A stretch of DNA of 64,000 nucleotides from positions 1 to 64,000 of IMG/VR virus record IMGVR_UViG_3300037470_001039; one strand, 5' to 3'. A program made the position numbers and the translations under genes. Position 1 is the stretch's first letter. Each line of letters begins with the position of its first letter. The notes below the pieces were generated by a model. The model did not search any database. It saw only the letters and a list, made by a program, of their open reading frames with translations, and was not told the DNA's origin. Origin of the DNA: a virus. This document shows positions 21,401 through 29,100 of this stretch, piece by piece.

Positions 21401-21673
21401 GGTACGGTCTTCTGTCAGGTCCGCATCAATATGGGTCCCGCCATCAACGTGTTTGCCAACACCGGCCTCAACCCTCTCGCTCCTCTGGGAGTGGCTCCCG
21501 TCATGGTCCGTGCCCGGATCAAGGCGGCCGGCGCCGCCTATAACTTCACGCAGGGAGGTCCCGATGCCAGCTCCGACACGCCTCGTGCCCTGACCGGAGT
21601 TACCCTCCTCCGCCACAGCGACGGGCTCGGCCCCAACGACGCGGCGCCATTCGGGCCTCCCGCGTTCCCGTAA
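18473..21673 (+). CDS. Virion structural protein (1066 aa)
   Basis: LEAHINDPQDAHDASAIS...DVQSNLDEL fibre-like motif; within the tail operon. Confidence 0.55.
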   Translation: MPRNVDPGSIKKGSGLANQNSVDSNSFTDEVIEGQQHGLEAHINDPQDAHDASAISTTTSGGIYYGDDVQSNLDELSALVPPRPPSIGNFSTFLEYTGIPDWGRLKLNDGGFVARGQVVPPDPGAPTNDFFVFNEFWWPPFEAQNIFPASPNPPGGVFTTPGQDPSTDPTFNVLEGAATHQGGFTRTIPVIETARVRESGDFETNVSGTVYPADRGVIALFHWPAGGDVSDFLAQPLTDQVVAAILCGQGINGDCDGDPGGIFEEGDPNVFAFPGRATGQYDLVELHSGTNNQTGDPLPGGANSAAGQVRLGSDPAAGVPVVVGGIPILGATSIANGGGNNTNFFRYRLPYLDDYSAATGIEYTPAVERPRYFEKPPVSLDPGVDLTQAGDFPDFPKDYWTFQVCRFRHEFDVGLDFPDHGSYLLLHFRREADFEAFARDGIMPDDVSFGYDLWSAGLVNYSFPESTDNLIDVTDPLAPVTSAAYHVLRGAIFTPDNPGLINTALSFTYDRERDEVMFCSGVQHFLPNGSGIGTNWQIDTLSFGVDNLFNSSYRLGFNAGATAITPGLTHMNPAVLYLGAGTADQNIVNGLGVGYTGTAFYQRVDFDYTDLDSVSGPFDLTTGPTTLASADIILLGGDTPITFAGDDAQCHFWFNARVRMFVRRPPLHNDATPGMTEFTFPLPGGDMVLMHTTSHSPSFDSGGDYGNFKTGVGDFPPRANLENPRKDVEERFYDEVYRVAQSSMIMLDPTYNGSVGNLTGPGLPFGPLGPLELPVRFASEALVSFGFASYLRTDLHQADLALSPLVAALEAQVSGLPDRSPPATDGVENPCPFSGMLIYPQIDYTTGFRPSIAGGDTTVTQPNYSTIADADRRYIRVFDAAYSNQAAAGDREPGVVGQPFLTFRIDGLELADFAYAAPGPGSALIALEVKVPGLTTWMDLGRRDMDGPSKQDPLVDGAGCQILDPNATFDGRDAVTGTVFCQVRINMGPAINVFANTGLNPLAPLGVAPVMVRARIKAAGAAYNFTQGGPDASSDTPRALTGVTLLRHSDGLGPNDAAPFGPPAFP

Positions 21674-21683
21674 GGAATTTACG

Positions 21684-24600
21684 ATGGCCGACTTCACCGA
21701 TCAGGACAAGGCTCTCCTCGACAAACTCCGCAAGGCGTTCGAGGCGAGGGGCAAGACGCGACAGGCTCTTGAGCCGTGGGAGGAGCATCTCGGCCGGGAC
21801 TCCACCGTCTACGCCGCGCGGGCGGCGATGGCCGCGAAGGTCCTCGAGGGGTTCTCTGGGTCCTGGTCGGCGCAGTACCACTACGGCTGGCAGTCCATCG
21901 TCGTTCCCACCGGTGTCGGGTCTGGGGAGGGGGTTTCGACCATCGACCCGCAGGGACCTCCCTCCGTCGTCCACGAGAAGGAGCACCACGTCGGGCGCAA
22001 AGGCGTTCCCGAGATCAACTTCGTTCCCTACAACTGGGGGACCAACGCGTTCGGAAGCAAGGGGCCTTCTCTCGTCGGTCACCCAATCTCGTGGGAGGTC
22101 GTCGGGCCCACGCTCAAGTCGCCCTTCACCGACTGGACGTGGCAGGTGTTGCAGGGGGCAGGGCCCAACGGGGGCGACCTTCTCATTCCCGACGTGCGCC
22201 CAGACGGCACCGTGTCTCCGGTGGTCGGCGGCATCGCCGACATGTACGGCCCACAGATTGATCCCCAGGGTGCCGTGACATGGACCATTGGCACCAACGA
22301 CGAGCCGAACGGCGGCGTGTATCTTCTCGTCACGGACGATGGGGCCACGCCCGGATCGATCTTCCAGCCCGGTGCCGAGCTCCCGATGGGTGCTCTCGCG
22401 CCTTACATCGACACGGCGAGATTCGAGCTGTTTAGGGTCTCGGCCATCCTGGCGGCCGCGATCGAGATTCACCCGAACAAGCGTTTCTCGCAGTTCTTCG
22501 ACCTGCCTCTCGCCGGGACCAGGTACATCCGCGGCATCACGTTGCTGCGGCCATACGTGACGCGGCTTGCCGCCATCCCGCAGTCGGGGGCCGCAGGGGG
22601 CAACGACGGGACCTCGACCTCGGGCCGCGAGCAGACGTTCGTGGTGGTGCCGCCCGAGCGCGCGGCGACCAACGACAACTTCCCCGTCTACGACGGAGGT
22701 AACGGCGGTGGCAGCGGAGACGGCTCGTGGATCGGCGGCGGATTCACGTCGGCGACGCAGCCAAACGCCGGTGTCGTCGTGGGCGAGCCGGCAGCCTACG
22801 GTGGCAAGGCCCGACTTCCCATCCCGATCCCCGTGGCCGAGGCGCTGGGAGACGTTGAGGACACCCTCGCGTTTCCGGCGAGTTTGGTCGGCAGTTGGAT
22901 CATCGAGACCGCCACCGCAGCGTTCACGTCGGGCCTGTTCACGACGCGGTTCCCCATAGTCCGAGTGGTCTCGACGGTCCGCGACGATAATCTCAGCGCG
23001 CTGACCTACGGAACCATCCCTAGCTGTCTGGGATGGTTCGATGTGATCGCCACCGATCCCACCCCTGGGGTTCTCGTGACGCGGGTTCCCGAGACGAGCC
23101 CGGTGACCGGTCTCACCTACTGGGGTCCCGGCCCGTTCATCGCCAACGTTCTTGCCAACAGGGACGTTGGTCTGGCAATGACCCTGCACGAGCCCATCGA
23201 GGCGCTCTGGTACGGCCCCTTCGCTCTCGACAAGGTCGAGGCATCTCGCCTCAAGAACCTCATCGACCCCGACTGGGTGTCGCGCTTCGAGAAGCAGGTT
23301 AGCGGTGTCTTCCCGCCTCCGGGGGGTAGCGGCCCGGGGCGCCCCGACAAGGCGGTTTTCGACACGCGACTGTTCCCGAGCGCCGGCCCTATTCCCCAGG
23401 CCGCGAACCCGGGCAGCCTGATGGACCTCGGATTCCGGGCCGTCTTTTTTCCGGCCAAGGAAGACCCGAACGACTCCTCCAATTTGGTCCCCGACTTCGA
23501 CCGACCCATCTTGGGGCGCGAGGTGCAGATCGACGGTTCCATCGCCGAGAAGCAGTACCTCGAACTCGACTACTCGTCTGGCATCCTCCGGCTCAGTCGT
23601 CCCCCTCCGACCTCGCGGTCGGGCGTGCCGGACGATCCCTCCGAGATCATCCCCAACGGTATCCAGGGCACCGGCGGCAACAACCCTCGTGGAGAGGTTG
23701 TCCTGTACGCGGCGTGCGTCCCCTACTCGATGGAGGACTCGCAGCTCGGGACGGGTAACCGTGTAACGGTGAATCGAGGAGCGGGCTTGCGGGACGTGGA
23801 CGCCTACAGTGAGGAGGTCTTCGCCCACATCGACCTCGACAACACCACGTTCACGGGCGTCGCGCCGTTCATCGGGCTGTCGGTCCCCACCGGCGCCGAT
23901 GACATCATCTTGGATCGCGTCCTCGACTGCCCAGAGACAGGGGTCATCACGATCACCCGAGGAGGGCCTGACTCGCCTCCCCTGGGCCGTTTCGCGTATT
24001 CGCGGCGCACGACGGTGACCGTTGGGCTGCTCGAGCGTACGGCACTCGGAGGCATCAGCTCCGACATCTTCGCCGTGGACCCGGACCCGGGCGCGAGCGG
24101 GGAGGGCCGCTACGTCATGGTGCGTCGCGAGGTCAAGTTCGGCCTGCGTTCCGTGGACGTCTCCCTGGCCGTCGACTTTTATGCTGGCGACACGACCTAC
24201 GGCAGCGAGGCTCGAGCGCACACGATTCGATTCGAGGGATCAAAGGTGCTTCCTCAGGTGGACGGCTCCCTGGTGGTTCGCCGCGATCCCGACCTCGCGG
24301 CACAGCTCGACCGCGTCACGGGGCACCTCCAGCCTTCCAAGCTGTCCCTCCCGATCGACACGCAGATCAACGGTCCCGACTACGCGCGCTCGTACTTCAG
24401 CGAAACCGGCGTCTACACGGGGATGTTCTACGACTGCGATGCCTCCTCCGCGGGGGTTCTCGGCACCGACAACCCGGGCTGTCGCTACTTCCCGGACATC
24501 GGAGGCCCTCAGCCGGACATCGACCGGGGTCCCATCATGCAGTTCAACTCGCCCGGACCCGTCCCGCCGCTGTGGCACGGCGTCATCAACTCTGACAACG

Positions 24601-25199
24601 GGGTCGTCGGAGAGGGTCTTTTCCCGTTCACCAACAACTTCCGTTTCGTGGCCAAGGGCGTGGTGGGCTTCCGGAATGCGGTGGCTGAGTCGACCGGGTT
24701 CATCGGCCTCATCCTCGACGAGACAGCCCCGGGTCTGACCCCGGTGGTCGCCACGCTGAGCGACCCCACGTTGGCTCCGCCCCTCCACACGTACATTGGA
24801 TTCCAGTTCGACACCCGCGTCTCCGCGAACTGGCGCTACTGGACACGGGGCGTTACGGGCGGCGACAACATCATCACCATCCCGGGAGTCACGGCCGATC
24901 GGACAGTCCCCCCTCTCCAGGGTCCCTACTACTTCGTGATCGAGGCCAACCGGATCCCAAACGCGGGCAGCTCGTACTCTCCCGTGTGCAAACTCGGCGT
25001 CTACGACGCGAGCAAGAATCTCATCGCCTCCACGACCGTGAGCAACGTCGATCTTTTGCCGTCGGTCTCGGGCCGCGGGTTTTTTACGAGCATCGCTATT
25101 CGGGAAAATACCGTCGCGATGGGCGGCGCCGACCTGTACCTGTACTTCGCCAAGGTCATCCTCGACAAGGATATTGACGACCTGCCGCCGCTGCCGTAG
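21684..25199 (+). CDS. Large hypothetical virion protein (1171 aa)
   Basis: Long ORF, AAGGA RBS, Gly/Pro-rich, in the tail operon. Confidence 0.55.
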   Translation: MADFTDQDKALLDKLRKAFEARGKTRQALEPWEEHLGRDSTVYAARAAMAAKVLEGFSGSWSAQYHYGWQSIVVPTGVGSGEGVSTIDPQGPPSVVHEKEHHVGRKGVPEINFVPYNWGTNAFGSKGPSLVGHPISWEVVGPTLKSPFTDWTWQVLQGAGPNGGDLLIPDVRPDGTVSPVVGGIADMYGPQIDPQGAVTWTIGTNDEPNGGVYLLVTDDGATPGSIFQPGAELPMGALAPYIDTARFELFRVSAILAAAIEIHPNKRFSQFFDLPLAGTRYIRGITLLRPYVTRLAAIPQSGAAGGNDGTSTSGREQTFVVVPPERAATNDNFPVYDGGNGGGSGDGSWIGGGFTSATQPNAGVVVGEPAAYGGKARLPIPIPVAEALGDVEDTLAFPASLVGSWIIETATAAFTSGLFTTRFPIVRVVSTVRDDNLSALTYGTIPSCLGWFDVIATDPTPGVLVTRVPETSPVTGLTYWGPGPFIANVLANRDVGLAMTLHEPIEALWYGPFALDKVEASRLKNLIDPDWVSRFEKQVSGVFPPPGGSGPGRPDKAVFDTRLFPSAGPIPQAANPGSLMDLGFRAVFFPAKEDPNDSSNLVPDFDRPILGREVQIDGSIAEKQYLELDYSSGILRLSRPPPTSRSGVPDDPSEIIPNGIQGTGGNNPRGEVVLYAACVPYSMEDSQLGTGNRVTVNRGAGLRDVDAYSEEVFAHIDLDNTTFTGVAPFIGLSVPTGADDIILDRVLDCPETGVITITRGGPDSPPLGRFAYSRRTTVTVGLLERTALGGISSDIFAVDPDPGASGEGRYVMVRREVKFGLRSVDVSLAVDFYAGDTTYGSEARAHTIRFEGSKVLPQVDGSLVVRRDPDLAAQLDRVTGHLQPSKLSLPIDTQINGPDYARSYFSETGVYTGMFYDCDASSAGVLGTDNPGCRYFPDIGGPQPDIDRGPIMQFNSPGPVPPLWHGVINSDNGVVGEGLFPFTNNFRFVAKGVVGFRNAVAESTGFIGLILDETAPGLTPVVATLSDPTLAPPLHTYIGFQFDTRVSANWRYWTRGVTGGDNIITIPGVTADRTVPPLQGPYYFVIEANRIPNAGSSYSPVCKLGVYDASKNLIASTTVSNVDLLPSVSGRGFFTSIAIRENTVAMGGADLYLYFAKVILDKDIDDLPPLP

Positions 25200-25255
25200 G
25201 CGAGCGTTCGCGGGCCATTTTTCCCCTTATAGGATCACTCCACTAAGGACGCTTC

Positions 25256-26044
25256 ATGCGCATCGTAGCCACACTCGTCGGGGACGAGATCCTGCAGGTG
25301 GAGCAAAACCCGCCCAACGGGACCCCCGTTTCGCGGAACGGCCAGTACATGGTCCCGATCGCGGAGGGCGTGAAGGTGACTGTTGAGCCCGACAGCTTCG
25401 TGCTGCCGAGCTCGGACCCGAATTCCGTCGTGGCGCGGAACTTCGCGGGGTTGCTCATGCAATTCCCGCAGTACGAGAATGTTCTCTACAACCCCCTGAT
25501 CGAGGGGACGGACGTCGACGACCTCGATCCGGCCGGCGTCCTCAACGAGGGGTCCCCCGTCACGGCCTCCCACATTTCACGATTCCAGATCGGTCGCGGC
25601 ACCGGCGGCCCCCTCCTCTCAGGAAACGCCGCCAACTCGGTGGCCGTCCTCCCGCAGAACGAGGCCGGGGGTGTCGGTTTCGAGCACCCGGGCGTCCTCG
25701 TCACCGATACGATCGACGTGGGACCACTGACCGGCGGAGTGGGTGCGACCGAATTCGTCGTCTACTGGTACGTGTTCAGGTTTTCGACGACCGACGACGT
25801 GAGTACGGACTTCGGATTTTTTGCTGGCATAAACAGCCCGGCGATCCGTCAGGCGTTGGAGGTAGACCAAGAGCCGTCTGATCTCGAGGTGTTTATCTCC
25901 GTGAACGACGGGGCCAATTTTTTCCCGGTAGAGCGCCTGATCCCTATTTCTTTCTGTGACCCCGCCATGCTGATCCGCATCGCATTCAAGAACACCAACC
26001 CGGATCTCAAATACTACGTGGCGCACTACGCCCTGATGTTCTGA
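25256..26044 (+). CDS. Hypothetical virion protein (262 aa)
   Basis: TAAGGA RBS; context between structural genes. Confidence 0.55.
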   Translation: MRIVATLVGDEILQVEQNPPNGTPVSRNGQYMVPIAEGVKVTVEPDSFVLPSSDPNSVVARNFAGLLMQFPQYENVLYNPLIEGTDVDDLDPAGVLNEGSPVTASHISRFQIGRGTGGPLLSGNAANSVAVLPQNEAGGVGFEHPGVLVTDTIDVGPLTGGVGATEFVVYWYVFRFSTTDDVSTDFGFFAGINSPAIRQALEVDQEPSDLEVFISVNDGANFFPVERLIPISFCDPAMLIRIAFKNTNPDLKYYVAHYALMF

Positions 26045-26103
26045 TGAACCCCTCCCACAAACCTGTCCAAGGGCTCCGTCTGGGCCCCACGGAGCTTTGA
26101 GCT

Positions 26104-29100
26104 ATGAGTCAAGATTTCGGCAACGGTGTCAGTCGTACCCTCAGTGCTTTCGCACGGCAGTTCCAGGCCGTGGTGTTCCAGGAGGGTAAGCCTCCTCTCG
26201 ACAGCGAGCTCAACCTCGTCCAGCAGGACCAGGTCGAGCAGCTCGCCCAAATGGTGCGAGCCAAGGCTCACTCCGGGTTCTTCCTCGACCCGACTCGAGC
26301 GCTGGCGGACTACGTGACGAGCCCGTCGTGGTCAAACTTCTTCCGCCTCGCTCAGCAGAAGGATGACCAGAACGGCGATCCCGAGGAGCTCGCTCCCGTC
26401 CTTTACGCGAACGTGAACGGCTGGGTCATCCCGGTCACGGGCACGATCCTGACCAAGGAAGGGTCCACCTCCAACGAGGTGCGTCTCTACCCGCCGCCCG
26501 AGAGCGACGCCCGGATCGACTTCGTGTTCCTCGAGGCGTGGATGGCCCTCGTGGCCCCGAACCCGAGCACTGCGAACAAGCCGGTCGCCAACAAGGTTTG
26601 GAGGTACGGCAACGTCGAGTTCGGCGCCACCAACATCAACGACGACATCACGGACCCCACGATCGGCTACGAGACCACGGAGCGCGTGCAGCTCCAGTAC
26701 CGCATCCGCGTCGTCGGGAGCGGCTCGGGTGCTGGCTCGAGCCCCAATCTCGAGGTGTACCCGGACGGCCTCGGCGATCCCAATGTGTTTGCCCAGGGTG
26801 CTGCAGCCTCTCTCTCGGTCTTCACGTTCACCAACATGCGCAAGGCCCTGGGAGACCCTTCCCTGTGGCGAGCGGGCAATGGAGACTCGTCGAACGCCCT
26901 TGGCACCGTCGACGGCTACTCCTACGCCATCCCGATCTGCGCGATCTTCCGTCGCAACAACCAGCCCTACGTCGCGGCCAACTTCGCGGGAGCCCCAAAC
27001 CAGAACGGCGCCTTCGATCGCAACCCGTCGGCCGTTACCCTGGCCGACCCTCTCGATGGTGCCAAGGCCCTGACCACGATGACGCTGGTCAACGGCCTGC
27101 CCCCGGACCAGTTCGCGGTCGACACCCTCATCGAGGTGGACAACCTGATCGGCTCCGGGTGGGATGACCCAAACATCGATCTCACGAAGGCGTTCATGAT
27201 CATCGACGACGAGGTGATCAACATCTCGGCCGTCGACACGACGGCGTCGCCCAACACCGTCACCATCCTGGCCGACGGGCGCGGACGGTGGGGATCGGAC
27301 ATCGTGACCCACACGGGCCGCGTGGGAGGCAACCCGGGCACCGGCACGGCGGTCCAGTTCTTCAACACGCGCCCCGACGGGCGCTTCGCCGACGAGGTGC
27401 ACGAGGACGACGTCCTCGACCTGCGTCGCGGATGCAACATCGGCGACTGGGACTATAGTCGCCTCCTGCTGCACAACATCGTGGCCGTGATGCGCAACCG
27501 CCTGCGCTCGACGTGGAAGCAGAGTGGAGCTCCCGGCGGCGACACCGAAGGAGTCACTGTCACCGAGGTCGACTACCTTCTTCAAGACGGCGCGACCGCG
27601 GTGCCCGTGGGCACCGAGGCCCTCGACGGCCCCGATGGCATCCGGCAAATCTGGTCCGACGCGGCCACGATCCAGGGCGACGTCACCATGCTCCTCAACC
27701 CGGATGGCACCATCAACGCCGGGTTCATCCAGACCCTCGACGACCTGGTGGACTGGGACGTGGGCGCGGACTTCAAGCCCGCGGCTTTCATGAACAACCG
27801 GAACAACACGACTCCGGGATTCACCGACGGCACGACCATCTTCGTGTACATCGGCGGTGACGACGGATCGAACGGAGCCCGCAAGACCTTCCGAGACGGT
27901 GGCACCCGAGCGGTTCGGTTCGTGAGTCCACGCGAGTACTGGAAGACGCGCTTCCCCGACGACAACACGGGCATGCAGAACCCGACCAACCTGCTTTGGG
28001 TGAGCACCGTTCAGGCGAACGCCGGCGTGGCCGGTCCGGGCGCGGGTCTTCAGGCGCTCTCTCCCGCCGGCCCCGGGGAAGTCCCGAGTGAGCACCCGGG
28101 ACCCCTGTACCCGCTGCAGTCGCAGGACTTCGAGAAGCCGTTCCTCGTTTGCGGAGGAGTCCTCAACAGCGCGCTCGTCGTGACGGGCATCGACGGAGTT
28201 TCGCAACTTATCGGCAATTTCCTTTCGGGGGGCACCATCCCGCTCGGCGAGGGCGAGATTGTGCTTCCAGGCATCGATTTCGACATCAGCGGAGACTGGT
28301 GGAGCACGGACACCAACGGCGCCTTCGCCAATGATCCGAGCGCAATCACGCAGCCTGTGCTCCGAGGGGAGCGCACCCTATGGTCCATGCTGACCAACGG
28401 AGGACGCGACATCACGGGCAATTCGTCCGAGGTGTACCTGATCCTCTTCGGAGACGACGACACCATCGAGAACAATGGCGCCTTCAAGGTCATCGGCGCC
28501 GGCACCACGGCGGCCAACGGAGGCATGACGACGAACCCCGCGTCCACGTCCAACCGCGTCCGCGTCAAGTTCATCTCACAGGGCATCGACGACTTCAACA
28601 ACACCACGACCAAGACCGTTACCGCCGAGGCTCGCTCCCAAACCACCAACTCGGAGGACGGCAACGGATCGGCGGGGGGCCCCGCGGCGCTGACCATCAC
28701 CCTGACGGACCTTCGGGCCGTGGCGGGCGGCGCGAGCAACCCGTGGAACGAGGACAACATCAACCCGGGCGCCAAGCCGGGCTTCACCCTCACGACGCCG
28801 TTCGACTACAAGTGCGTCTGTAACCTGACACTACTGTATCATCCGGGTCGCGGAGCCATGGCTCGCGTGCCCGATCAGATCAGTCGCATCGCGCTCCAGA
28901 CCCCGAACAGCGTGATCCTGCGCCAGAGCGACGCCGTCCTCGACCCGAATTTCCCGAACGAGTCGGGAGCCCCGGGCAACCCGGCCGAGGTCGACTACTG
29001 CCCCACGCACGTCCAGACGTGGAACCGGCTGCCGAGTCTTGGCCTGTGGGCCCCCGACGCTCCGAACTACGGTGGCAACGTCGTGCTCAGCTCGGAGATC

